A DNA stretch of 62,465 nt, the filler included, from Collodictyon triciliatum (Eukaryota): the NCBI GenBank assembly GCA_043381765.1. It is 5 parts of 5 records of this genome, joined end to end, with 100 filler letters (N's around TTAATTAATTAA, not from the genome) between each part and the next. Parts side by side here need not be neighbours in the genome. Positions count along the whole stretch, not along the records: positions 13,125 to 26,156 come from JBHJMP010002063.1; positions 26,257 to 39,285 come from JBHJMP010002064.1; 3 more parts are not named here. One strand, 5' to 3'. The notes under the pieces were generated by a model that saw nothing but the letters and a program-made list of their open reading frames with translations, did not search any database and was not told where the DNA came from. A program made the position numbers and the translations under genes. Below are positions 23,591-35,429 of this stretch, one piece after another (positions within the stretch are counted from its first letter, which is position 1; every line of letters begins with the position of its first letter).

Positions 23591-25558
23591 ATGGAAGTTG
23601 TGCCTCTGGAAGTCGAACAGAATGCTTCTGCAGGAAAAGTGTATGAAGTTTGGAGGGACGAGGATAACGAGCCTAGTAGCAGCAAGGATTCTAAAGTCAG
23701 ACAAGAGAACTTCTCATGCGAAAACAATATTCCCGATTATGGTTCCCCTCCGCCGCAACCAAAGGAAGTCCAAAAATCTATTGTTACGCTTACTTTGCAT
23801 AGGAAGGTCAAGCTCATTGACCGTAGGAAGTTCGTACTGTCTCTGTTTGTAAAGAATGATCAAACCTGCAAAAAACTTATGGCATTCCTTCGTGGCCTAT
23901 GGTTTGTGCAACTTGTCATATTTTTGTGGGTCACGTGTAGTGTTAACTTTCTATCCATATGTGTTGGAGCGCCAATTTTGCCCTCTGTAGCTTATCTTCC
24001 CTTACAAGCTGCCAGTATGGTTTTACTGACTATTCATTTGTCTAGTTTACTAAGAGTTGATGTTATCAAACAGCTTTTGACATCCTTTAATTTTTGGTTC
24101 TCACTGCTCAATGTTATTATTTACAATTCGTGCTTTGTTCTGTTGTATGGACAGACCCTGAATAACTTTTGCGCAACAACATACTGTTTAGTTTGTATGG
24201 GACTTATTCTACTACACGATTCACATTCGAGGAAAAATAACAACCTTATAATGTTACCAAGCGTAATAGCTTTTCTTGGATTTCTTTTAATGCTAGTATG
24301 TCTATTTTTTCGCCTTGTGCAGATTCAAAAAGAGGTGTTCCGCCTAAATTCAGGGCTAGAGCTAGTCAACATCAGACTCCAAGCTTTGGATAGCCTAAGC
24401 ACTCTAATCATATATCTACTTCGTATTTTCTATACACAGATGATTCTCAAGAAACCAAATACAATTGCGCAATTATCTGAGTACTATGAAATATCGCCTC
24501 CAGAAATCAAACAAGAGGACAATCGAAACCTAAAATCATGCCCGAAAAAATTTAAACATCACTCGATAAGTAATCAAAAAAGCCCTTCTACATTAGAAAG
24601 AAAAATGGGCTCAATTGTCCCGCAAGTAAACAATATGGAAGAATCGAATGATAAACATTTACAACCTGATAATAGATTTGAGTATAGCCAAAGCCTTTGT
24701 GAGCTTCAAAGTATTCGTAATCCTGCGCCACCAATTGAATCAACATCAGTTATCAGATCGGAACTGGTGAGCAGTCAAAATAATATGCAAACTTTTTCGG
24801 ATGTGGATAGCAAAAAATTCCTTGTTATGGGGATTGTGGAGAGCAAGACGATTGAGTATAACCTTCACGATACATGGTTTCACACTATTATTAAGCCAAA
24901 CTACCCCTTGGTAGCTGGAGTAATGAAGACAAAATTTTACACTGTGTTTGGAATTATTTTGAGTGTAACATCTCTTCTCGTTTCGTTTCCTATAACTGTC
25001 GGGGTCGATCTTGCAGACCCGTTCGCATATTTTTCTATGACTGTTTCTGTTGTTTGTAGCATCAACTTGTTTTTTCAAATCACAGTATTGTCCAACTTTT
25101 TAATTCGAAAACATATGCTGCGGTCATTTGATTTTTGGTACGTTGTCTCTTTAGTTTCAAAAATACTGTTATCATCAAGTATACTTTGCCAATGGGACTT
25201 TCGAGTTTTATTCTGGGTGTATTTGGCCCTGCAATTTCTTTGGTTCGTAGCTGTAGATGGTTACGATTTGAAGGGTCGAAGGTTGTCATACTTTTCGATT
25301 ATTGGTATCATCTGGTGCTTGTCTGCTGGGGTCTTCTGTAAACTCGGTATAGGTGAGACTTATATCGAAGACAGGTATATTTATTTCCACGGAAGACAAG
25401 TCCTTTCCCCTAGAATAACCCTATCTTCATCGCTTTTTTCCATCTCCCTGTTCCTTTGCCGTTTTTTGTGGAGCTACCATAGAAACCCAAACCGAATGCT
25501 GTTCATTACGGAAAACGTTCAACTTCAGGAAATCCGAAAGCCGCAGCCGGCAGAATAA
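23591..25558 (+). CDS. Uncharacterised intronless multi-pass membrane protein with internal duplication, paralog 2
   Basis: 655-aa ORF with halves containing LLTSFNFW and MLRSFDFW; collinear with 19299-21245. Confidence 0.92.
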   Translation: MEVVPLEVEQNASAGKVYEVWRDEDNEPSSSKDSKVRQENFSCENNIPDYGSPPPQPKEVQKSIVTLTLHRKVKLIDRRKFVLSLFVKNDQTCKKLMAFLRGLWFVQLVIFLWVTCSVNFLSICVGAPILPSVAYLPLQAASMVLLTIHLSSLLRVDVIKQLLTSFNFWFSLLNVIIYNSCFVLLYGQTLNNFCATTYCLVCMGLILLHDSHSRKNNNLIMLPSVIAFLGFLLMLVCLFFRLVQIQKEVFRLNSGLELVNIRLQALDSLSTLIIYLLRIFYTQMILKKPNTIAQLSEYYEISPPEIKQEDNRNLKSCPKKFKHHSISNQKSPSTLERKMGSIVPQVNNMEESNDKHLQPDNRFEYSQSLCELQSIRNPAPPIESTSVIRSELVSSQNNMQTFSDVDSKKFLVMGIVESKTIEYNLHDTWFHTIIKPNYPLVAGVMKTKFYTVFGIILSVTSLLVSFPITVGVDLADPFAYFSMTVSVVCSINLFFQITVLSNFLIRKHMLRSFDFWYVVSLVSKILLSSSILCQWDFRVLFWVYLALQFLWFVAVDGYDLKGRRLSYFSIIGIIWCLSAGVFCKLGIGETYIEDRYIYFHGRQVLSPRITLSSSLFSISLFLCRFLWSYHRNPNRMLFITENVQLQEIRKPQPAE

Positions 25559-26075
25559 ATATGGCGTGAACCATGGGAGCAACCCGGGGATACATAAATG
25601 CCTGGCATTTTTTGCCCCTGCTTTGCATATATATTAGTGTCATTTTTATTCTGGCGAGTTGGCCTCTGATTACCTATGCTCCTGCAAATACTTGCCAGAA
25701 TTTTTTTTAACTTAACAATCAGAAAAGAGTTACAAATTCAACGAGTAACTTCAGAAATAAGCTGGCCAAACAACCCCATCATTGCGAAGAGCAAAGACCT
25801 ATCAATCCGGGCTTTAAAGCATGGCTAGGAAGAAAGTGGTGCGCTTTGATAAAACAGAAGTATGACAAAATAGGGTGAGGGAATAATAAGAACAGCCGCC
25901 TTGGGATTTATATGAGTCCTTTATTAGCGGGTCATATAGCGCGCATTTAAAAGAAGCTGCAAGCAACGCAAGAGTGTCAGAAGGCAGAGAGCAGAAGCAC
26001 ACGTGATGACTGAGTAACAAGGATATTCGCCTGGACCGAATAAAAGAGCTGCAAACTCCTGAGACGTAAATGTTG

Positions 26076-26156
26076 TCAGCAGCACCCAGAACCGGAGCTA
26101 ACAGGTTTTCCAGCACCCGGCTGGACAACTGAAGTTCTTCGTTGAGTTTGCGAGCT
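26076..26156 (-). CDS. C-terminal fragment of a probable Rab GTPase
   Basis: From the contig edge it reads SSQTQRRTSVVQPGAGKPVSSGSGCC*, a hypervariable tail with a CC geranylgeranylation motif. The G-domain is not in the window. Confidence 0.55.
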   Translation of the reverse strand, partial: SSQTQRRTSVVQPGAGKPVSSGSGCC

Positions 26157-26256
26157 NNNNNNNNNNNNNNNNNNNNNNNNNNNNNNNNNNNNNNNNNNNN
26201 TTAATTAATTAANNNNNNNNNNNNNNNNNNNNNNNNNNNNNNNNNNNNNNNNNNNN
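26157..26256. other. Artificial contig-joining spacer
   Basis: 44N-TTAATTAATTAA-44N. Confidence 0.98.
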
Positions 26257-27012
26257 TTTTTTTTTGTTTTTTTTTTTTTTTTTTTTTGTTGTTGATGTTG
26301 TTGTTGATGTTGATGATGATGTTGATGATGATGTTGTTGTTGTTATTGCTGCTGCTGGAAAGATAAGCTTGATAATATACCTTACCACTAATCTTGGGAA
26401 ATTGTAGGGGTGCCGTACGTATCTGTTGCCAAAGGTATTCTCGTGTTATTGAAGTTAGGTTGTTTCCCTCAAAATCTACAATAAATTAAATTATAAGGAT
26501 GCAAAATAGTCTTGCATGAGAATATGAGATGAAAATAATACGTCTTTTTTTCTTCCTTTCAATTTTTGTAAGACAGGGGTTCTAAAATTGTTAAAAATTC
26601 ATCTACGAAAGATATGCAGGATATTCAAAAGTTTTATATTTAGGCGATGCATCAAATATTTATTTGATTAAAGGAAGATTAACATCCAATCAACCACAAA
26701 TTTAAGCAGCCCTCATGTCAACAAATGCAATCGCCACATTAGAAAGTTTAGAATAAAAAAATTATGCCATATAGCAATCTAATACAGTTAAGGTAAATGT
26801 AGTGAAACAAAATCGATAAATGTTTGAGAAAATAAGAATAGAATGAAAATTCTCGAATTTACCTTTTGAATAATGACTTTTTAAATTGAATATATAGAGT
26901 ATATCAATATGTTTTATAAAAAAATTAGATAAAATTATTTGTCTCGGTAAAATAAGGTATGTGTTCAATATCTATTAAATCCACAATCGATGATTAAGGC
27001 TGCGAAACTAAT

Positions 27013-27170
27013 ATGATATACCTTGTGTTCCAGTGCTACCCTCTCCACGGTAGTGTCTTCTCCTACTCACGTTTGCTCTCTACCATGCGCTCCCATCCCG
27101 CCCCTTTGTATGGCATAACCTCGCTACACTTTGAATCGAATAAAGGAAAAAAAATGATATACCTTGTGTT
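27013..27170 (+). mobile_element. 5'-truncated non-LTR retroinsertion/SINE (124 bp) with a 17-bp TSD
   Basis: ATGATATACCTTGTGTT at 27013-27029 and 27154-27170 flanks a GC-richer insert ending CTTTGAATCGAATAAAGGAAAAAAA. Confidence 0.85.
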
Positions 27171-28967
27171 AGTATTTTATCTTAATATTGTTAATATTTC
27201 CTCCAGGTTTAATTTTTAAATAACTCTTTACGAGGCATACCACATCAATCAACCAACCCCAAGATCTACGGCATTCATTTTTTTCGACGTATGTTATTTA
27301 AAAAGTGCTACTCCTTGAAGTCAGTGAGATTCAAATCATTTACAATTTATTTAAATATTGAAGAAAATGTTAAAATAACTCTATTAGATAAAAATTCATT
27401 TGTGTGACCAAAAAAAGAAAATTTACCAACGATTTGTGTGTTTTTATACAAGGCACACGTATAAGATGGGGGCCTTTAACATTATATTACAACATCTCTT
27501 AGGAAAAGAATGTCTGTGTGATTCAGCGATGTGCAGTATACACTCGACATTTTGACATGAAGGAAGTAAAATTCTTTATGTGTTCTAAATGCGATTTATA
27601 TTCTTGGATGTCAACGCTATATTATGAAAATATGACCCAACATAGGCTAAAGAAAGCATACCTAGTAGAATTAATACTTCTGAAATCGATCAGTTCGATA
27701 TTTATCTAACTTCAAAATTTTAAATGAAGTAGCTTTACCTTTATACACATATTATACTTCAAATTGAAATGAATAGTAAAAAAAAGTAACGTAATTGCGA
27801 TTTCTCTGCACTTATATTTATTCCTCAAATTAAAATGGTCTTTCTGAATCCGATAGTGAAAAACATTTAGAGAATGGCGGAGCTGGGAAGTAGAAAGTGC
27901 CTAGAAAATTTGAAAGCTAATCTTATTAATATGAAAATCATATCCATACGTTATTTCAAATCAAATTATAGCATGAAAACAATAGGTAGAGACGTAAAAT
28001 TTCGTTTTTCTTTAAAGAAAGGCTGTATAAAGTACATGATATTCCTTTCTAACATGATTTATGTAAATAATTTAGATCGCCGATTTTTTTATTTATTGAA
28101 GACCTAGCGTGAAAAATATCTTTGATCATATTGTGCTTGATTTATTGCATAGCATCTGAAGAGTGATTACATATATAACGATTCATTCAAAAATCATAAT
28201 TTTCCAATATGTATCCAAATCGTAAACCTTAAGCTTTTTTATTAATTGTTTTAAAAAATTGTACAAAAAAGCTCAAAGGGGACTTTCATCGACTAAATAA
28301 TAGACACTTTTACCATTATTTAGAATTTCGAATACTATAGAGACGCTTTGATACACATTCTGAATGAAACATATTCTTTTTATTTCTTTATATTGCTCCA
28401 ATGATGCAATATTTTAATTACTCATCGGGTCATGAGAATGATGTAATCTATGTCTAGTTAATATATAAATAATTCTCTCATATCTACAGTTTCTTTACAT
28501 TCTTCCGCCAAGTAACTGATTAGTCCAAAATAATTGACTTATTTAAATAAGTTCAAATATATTTTTCACTTGCTTTATTATAAATCTAGCTATCTGAATG
28601 TCTGTTTATTTAAATATTTCTGTATTCAATATCCATGCATTACGGTTATATATATGTGAATTCTTTAAAATAAATACAAAATTATGAAAAGATGGGAGCA
28701 TGTCGTAAATTTTGAAATAATTATACCTTTCTGTACAGAAAACCCGTGCTTTTTTTCTTGTAATAAATAACGCCATCTTGGCATCTAAAATATTTTATTA
28801 AATATTTTCTATTATCAGAATGATTGCCCTTAAGATGCAAGTATCTGTAATTATCTTATTAGGTATGCTTTATAATTTTATTGTATACATTTCAATTATC
28901 CTGATCTGTTTTCTGCGCAGGGATAGTACTGTATGCGCAAGTTGTTGAATCAGATGCGGACGATTAC

Positions 28968-29832
28968 TTGGTTCGCACATTGACTGGTCATGACTCGAGT
29001 GTCACCAGCGTTGTTGTTACCCCTAATGATTCAAAAATCGTATCTGGAAGTGATGATACCACAATTAAAATATGGAATTATTCTGATGGGGAATTGATTC
29101 GCACAATTACCGGGCATACCTCAAGTGTGAAAAGTGTTGCACTAACTCCAGATGGTTCAAATATTATTTCTGGAAGTGCCGATTGGAGTGTTAAAATCTG
29201 GACTATTTCTGACGGAATTTTGATTCGCACAATGACCGGGCATAAGTTAAATGTCAATAGTGTTGCAGTTACTCCGGATGGCTCACAAATTGTTTCTGGA
29301 AGTGCTGATGCTACAATTAAAATCTGGAATCTTTCAGATGGAATTTTGAATCGCACAATAAGTGGGCATGACTCAGGTGTCAGTAGTGTGGCACTTACTC
29401 CAGATGGATCAAAAATTATATCGGGAAGTTTGGACAAAACTGTTAGATTATGGAGCCTTTCTGACGGAACACTAATTCGCACGTTGAGAGGTCATACCCA
29501 AAGTGTTTTTGACGTTGCAGTTACCCCAGATGGCTCAAGAATCGTCTCAGGAAGTTTTGATAGATCAGTCAAAATTTGGGATATTTCTGGTGGATATGTC
29601 ATTCGCACATTAAATGGACACATGAATGCGGTAAGAGGTATTACAGTCACCCCAGATGGCTCAACAATCGTCTCTGGAAGTTCTGATAACACTGTAAAAC
29701 TGTGGAATCTCTCTGACGGGAATTTGACTCGTTCATTGATTGGCCATAAATCAGGAGTTTTCAGTGTTGCTCTTAGTTATGGTGGCTCAAATATTATCTC
29801 TGGAAGTAACGACAATACAATTAAAATATGGG
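28968..29832 (+). repeat. Seven 126-bp (42-aa) WD40 coding repeats
   Basis: Consensus LIRTLxGHxxxVxSVAVTPDGSxIVSGSxDxTxKIW, seven times. Confidence 0.95.
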
Positions 29833-29976
29833 GAACTTGCGATGATGGCCGTTTTTATAATAAAACTTCAAAAACATGCGAGCTATGTTCGGCTGGAAGT
29901 TACAGTGTCTCAGGCAGTGATGTTTGCACATTGTGTTCTCATGGAACCTATAATCCATCGGAAGGAAAGTCCTTTT

Positions 29977-30305
29977 GTCTGTCATGCCCAAAAGGAACCT
30001 ACAATCCGTCAAATGGTTCTATAAGCAAAGATTCGTGTACTTTGTGCGATTCAGGAACTTACAATCCCTCAGAGGGCTCAAAAAGTCGAGATGCATGCAT
30101 TTTTTGCGAAGTTGGAACATACAATCCCGAAAAAGGTCAGTCTTCATGTCTGTCATGCCCAAAAGGAACCTACAATCCATCAAATGGTTCTATAAGCAAA
30201 GATTCGTGTATTTTGTGCGATTCAGGAACTTACAATCCCTCAGAGGGCTCAAAAAGTCGAGATGCATGCATTTTTTGCGAAGTTGGAACATACAATCCCG
30301 AAAGT
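29977..30305 (+). repeat. 171-bp (57-aa) near-identical tandem duplication
   Basis: GTCTGTCATGCCCAAAAGGAACCTACAATCC at 29977 and 30148. Confidence 0.9.
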
Positions 30306-30794
30306 GGCCAAATAACATGTCAATATTGTTTGGAAGGAACTTACAATGGCATTGTTGGACAATCGCTTTGCAAAAGCTGTGAGCCAGGGACATACAATAA
30401 CTTGAGAGGACAGACATCCTGTTTTGATTGTCCATCAGGATTCTACAACACAGAATCTGGAAAATCATTTTGTACTCCTTGTAGCCCAGGAACATAATCT
30501 AATTCTACAATGTCAAAATCTTGTGAGAAGTGTCCAGCTGGAACATATAATCCAAATCCTGCATCATATAACAAAACAGATTGTAAGAAATGTGATGTAG
30601 GAACATATGCATCTGAATCAGCTTCAATAATGTGCTTTATGTGCGTTTCAGGGACTTACAACGATGTAGAAGGACAAATTAACTGCAAGAGTTGCGCTGA
30701 TGGAACACAAAATCCCAGGTTTGGTGCAAAAAGTAATGCTTCATGCATATCTTGTGCACAAGGAACTTATGGAAGTAAAGAAAAAAGTGAATGC

Positions 30795-32860
30795 TTATCA
30801 TGTCCAGCCGGTACATTCAACAATAAAACTGGCTCACACAATCAATCATCATGTATTTCATGTCCAAATGGAAGCTACAGCTCATAAAGAAGCGCATCAT
30901 GCAGCTTATGCTCACCAGGATTCTATCAAAAAGAAGGAACCACAAAAGATTCAAAATCATGCTACGCTTGTCCAATAGGCACATTCAACTCGAACTCTGG
31001 CTCATATGGAAACTCGTCATGCATTGAATGTGCACAAGGTACTTGGAATGACAGAGATGGTCAAGCATCATGCACATCATGCCCAGCTGGGACATTCAAC
31101 AATAAAACTGGTTCATTCAATCAATCGTCGTGTATTTCATGTCCAAACGGAAGTTACAGCTCTGAAAGAAGCGCATCATGCAGCTTATGCTCACCAGGAT
31201 TCTATCAAAAAGAAGGAATCACAAAAGATTCAAAATCATGCTACGCTTGTCCAAAAGGCACATTCAACTCAAACTCCGGCTCATATGGAAACAAATCATG
31301 TATTGAATGCCCACAAGGTACTTGGAATGATAGAGAGGGTCAAGCATCATGTACATCATGCCCAGCTGGTACATTCAACAACAAAACTGGCTCATTCGAT
31401 GTATCATCATGCATTTCATGTCCAAACGGAAGCTACAGCTCAGAGAGAAGCTCATCATGTAGTTTATGCTTATCAGGATTCTATCAAAAAGAGGGAATCA
31501 CAAAAGATTCTCAATCATGCTATGCATGTCCAATAGGCACATTCAACTCAAACTCCGGTTCATATGGAAACACGTCATGCATACAATGTCCACAAGGGAC
31601 TTGGAATGATAAGGATGGTCAAGTGTCATGCACATCATGTACAGCCGGTACATTCAACAATAAAACTGGCTCACTCAATCAATCATCATGCACATCATGT
31701 CCAAATGGAAGCTACAGCTCAGCTGGAAGCGCATCATGCAGCTTATGCTCATCAGGATTCTATCAAAAAGAAGAAATCACAAAAGATTCAAAATCATGCT
31801 ACGCTTGTCCAAAAGGAACATTCAACTCAAACTCCGGCTCATATGGAAACGCGTCATGCATACAATGTCCACAAGGGACTTGGAACGATAAAGATGGTCT
31901 AGCATCGTGCACATCATGTCCAGCTGGGACATTCAACAAAAAAACTGGCTCATTCGATGTATCATCGTGCATTCCATGTCCAAACGGAAGCTACAGCTCA
32001 GCTGGAAGCGCATCATGCAGCTTATGCTCATCAGGTTACTACCAAAAAGAAGATATCACAAAAGATTCAAAATCATGCTACGCTTGTCCAAAAGGCACAT
32101 TCAACTCAAACTCCGGCTCATATGGAAACACGTCATGCATACAATGTCCACAAGGTACTTGGAATGATAAGGATGGTCAAGCATCATGCACATCATGTCC
32201 AGCTGGGTCATTCAACAATAAAACTGGCTCACTCAATCAATCATCGTGTATTTCATGTCTTAATGGGAGCTATAGCTCAGCTGGAAGCGCATCATGCAGC
32301 TTATGTCCTCCAGGATTCTATCAAAAAGAGGGAATATTAAAAGACTCAAGCTCATGCTATGAGTGTCCAAAAGGCACTTTCAACTCGAACTCCGGCTCAT
32401 ATGGAAACGCGTCATGCATACAATGTCCACAAGGGACTTGGAACGATAAAGATGGTCAAGCATCGTGCACATCATGTCCAGCTGGGTCATTCAACAACAA
32501 AACTGGCTCATTCGATGTATCATCGTGCATTCCATGTCCAAATGGAAGCTACAGCTCAGCTGGAAGCGCATCATGCAGCTTATGCTCATCAGGTTACTAC
32601 CAAAAAGATGGAGTCACAAAAGACTCACAATCATGCTACGCTTGTCCAAAAGGCACATTCAACTCGAACTCCGGCTCGTATACAAACACATCATGTATTG
32701 AATGTGCACAAGGCACTTGGAATGATAGAGAGGGTCAAGCATCATGCACATCATGTCCAGCTGGTACATTTAACAATAAAACTGGCTCATTCAATCAATC
32801 ATCTTGTATCTCATGTCCAAATGGATGCTACAGCTCAGAAAGAAGCACGTCATGCAGTTT
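30795..32860 (+). repeat. 279-bp (93-aa) Cys-rich tandem repeat, ~7.3 copies
   Basis: The G(T/S)FNNKTGS anchor recurs at 30813, 31092, 31371, 31650, 31929, 32208, 32487 and 32766. Confidence 0.92.
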
Positions 32861-34817
32861 ATGTCCCACACGCTCAACTACAATCTCAAAAGGTTCTAAA
32901 TCAATCGATGAGTGTAAATGCATAGATTCATATATATCATTCAATGGTGATTGCACGTGTCCTCCAGGACAATATGAAGATGGTAAAAAATGTGCTCCAT
33001 GCAGAATAGGCTCATACAAATCTACAAACGACACAAACTTCTGTTTCTCGTGTGAAGATAAATTTACCACAAAAAATCATGGCTCGATTACTTCAACCGA
33101 TTGTGTTTGCAGTACAGGATTTGAATTAAGAAATTCTACTTGTGAATGTAAGCCTGGATGGTATGAAAAGCAAAAGAACTGCTATGAATGCCCACCAAGC
33201 ACATACAGTGAATATTTTGGGCAAAGTTATTGTAAAGAATGCCCAATAAACTCATATACGAATATGACTGCATCAATATCAATTATAGAGTGCAAGTGTC
33301 TCCCATTTACATATCTAGATGTAAAGACCAAGCAGTGCAAAGACTGCCCAACAGGATTTGTCTGCGACGGTAGTAGTAAGCTCGACGTTGCACCTGGATA
33401 TTGGCAAGCACCGACATCCAACGGGCAATACATAGCTTATAAATGTCTGAATGAAGATGCTTGCAATGGAGGGAATAATACATGTGCTGAAGGGTATACA
33501 GGAGCTTTATGTAGTGTTTGTGATGGAGGATATGGAAGAGCGGGTTCTTATTGCATTAAATGCTCATCTCAAAGAACAAACGGATTTTTAATTTTTCTCA
33601 GTATCTCTATCCCGCTGGCGTTTGTTTTCTTTATGATTGAACAATCAAGAGAGCCACAAACAGATGATATCTTAATACTGAAAAATCTGTCCACACATTT
33701 TCAGATTTTATCATATTTGGCCAACTTTGATGTAAATTGGAGCTCTACTATCATTTCAGTAATGAAGATTCCGGCACTCTTCTCATTTTCTCTTTCTGCA
33801 GACACATATCCTATGGAATGCAGATTCGACACTACAATATATGAGAGAGTATTTTACTCAATGATAACTCCATTATTCTTGATGGTGATTGTCACTTTTC
33901 TGGTAATTTTAAAAACAATTATAAGACTCTTAAGAAATAGAGCAGAAATGAATCATGTTAGCTTGTCTAATATTAGAAGAGAATTTGTATTTTCGATGTT
34001 AGTGATGTTATTTTTTGTCCACCCAACAATCACATCATCGATATCAAATATCTTTCGATGTGAAAAATTGGGGGATGAAAGTTACTTGAAGGCCGACATG
34101 TCAATTATGTGTGGTGATACAAAATATCTCTTTTGGAAAAATACTTCGTTGGTATATGTGATTATGTATTGCTTTGGTGGCCCGTTTATTCTTGCTGCAT
34201 ATATGTTCTACAAAAGGTACTCATTAAGAAATCCAAGCTCTCATTCATATGACCTGCTCAGATTTTTGGTTGATGGCTACACCGAAAAATGTTATTATTG
34301 GGAAATTATCATCATGATTCAAAAACTGGTTGTGGTTATTATCAGTGTGTTCTTTTCTTCTTCATTGCAGATTTACTTTGGACTATGGTTACTTTTAGTA
34401 ACAATTATATCATCGATATATTTTGAACCTTTTGTGTCAACGCTATTAAGGAAATTACAGATTTGGTCAAATGCTGTCCTCTACTTTACCTTGATGATGA
34501 GCCTTCTTTTCAGATATTCAAATCTGAGTAGTTTAACCGAAACTGTTTTAATTTTCTTGGTCGTTTCGTTTAATCTAATTATTGCGATGGTCTTTTTATC
34601 GAAAGCAGGACCCATATTCTTGGCTTCAGTCATTAATGGAGTATATGATTTCATTGGGTCATTAATTGATAAAGGGTTACATACATCACTGATACAGAAC
34701 ATCAGTCAAGCATTCTATCACCGAAGCAATGAAAAAGAAATGAAGGACTTTAATGACGGTGCTGCCACTTCACTGTGATGAACATCTAGCGTCACCCGCG
34801 CTCATTATTATACTCTG

Positions 34818-34933
34818 ATTCACTCACTCACTCATTCACTCACTCACTCACTCACTCACTCACTCACTCACTCACTCACTCACTCACTCACTCACTCACT
34901 CACTCACTCACTCACTCACTCACTCACTCACTC
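34818..34933. repeat. (CACT)n microsatellite
   Basis: Directly visible. Confidence 0.95.
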
Positions 34934-35429
34934 GCTGTCTCACTCTAAGAAACTATCGCTGTCATTTACACGTCTTAGTAAATGCGTATGTGAGTGTGAT
35001 TAGATTGCATGAAGTGACATGAGGAGATTTATCAATTGAATAAAAAAAAAAGGAAAAAACCGTCGAGATGCCCATTTCATACAATTTTCGAGAATGTAAT
35101 TGAGAAAACAGCTTCGCCTCGAGGACAAAAATGATATTCAGAAGAGACAAAAGAAAGCCCTTGAATTGTGTGGTTGGAGGTTTTGTGTTTTTGGGTGGAA
35201 AGAAAAAGAAAAGGAAAAAAGAAAGGAGAAAGGAGAGAAAGTGTTCTCACATGCAGTCTATTCTACCCGAAGCGAATCAGCTTCAACGCGATTTCTGGTT
35301 GTGTTCGAGACTGAAAGAAGAGCGGATAAAGTTGTCGGGTCGATGAAAGTACGCACATGGTAGTTACTTCTCAAATCGATTCCGACGAGACCTTTCAACC
35401 ATCTATCTCAGACAAGGTTTACAACCATT

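Larger units (their letters stand above)
28820..34778 (+). pseudogene. Receptor-like gene (signal peptide, 7 WD40 repeats, Cys-rich repeats, multi-TM domain) with two in-frame TAA
   Basis: Exon 28820-28862 joins 28921 onward to give MIALKMQVSVIILLGIVLYAQVVES. ORFs 28968, 30510 and 31623 share one frame, broken only by TAA at 30495-30497 and 30885-30887. The C-terminal TM region has GY....YYWE....QK and ..PF motifs. Confidence 0.85.

Noticed and set aside
30495-30887. TAA reassignment (ciliate-type genetic code)
   Set aside because: The two TAAs replace different residues (Tyr, Glu), and TAA ends genes normally at 5951 and 25558
30700-32925. His-rich alternative-frame ORFs (METRHAYNVHK...)
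   Set aside because: Shadow frames of the Cys-rich repeat
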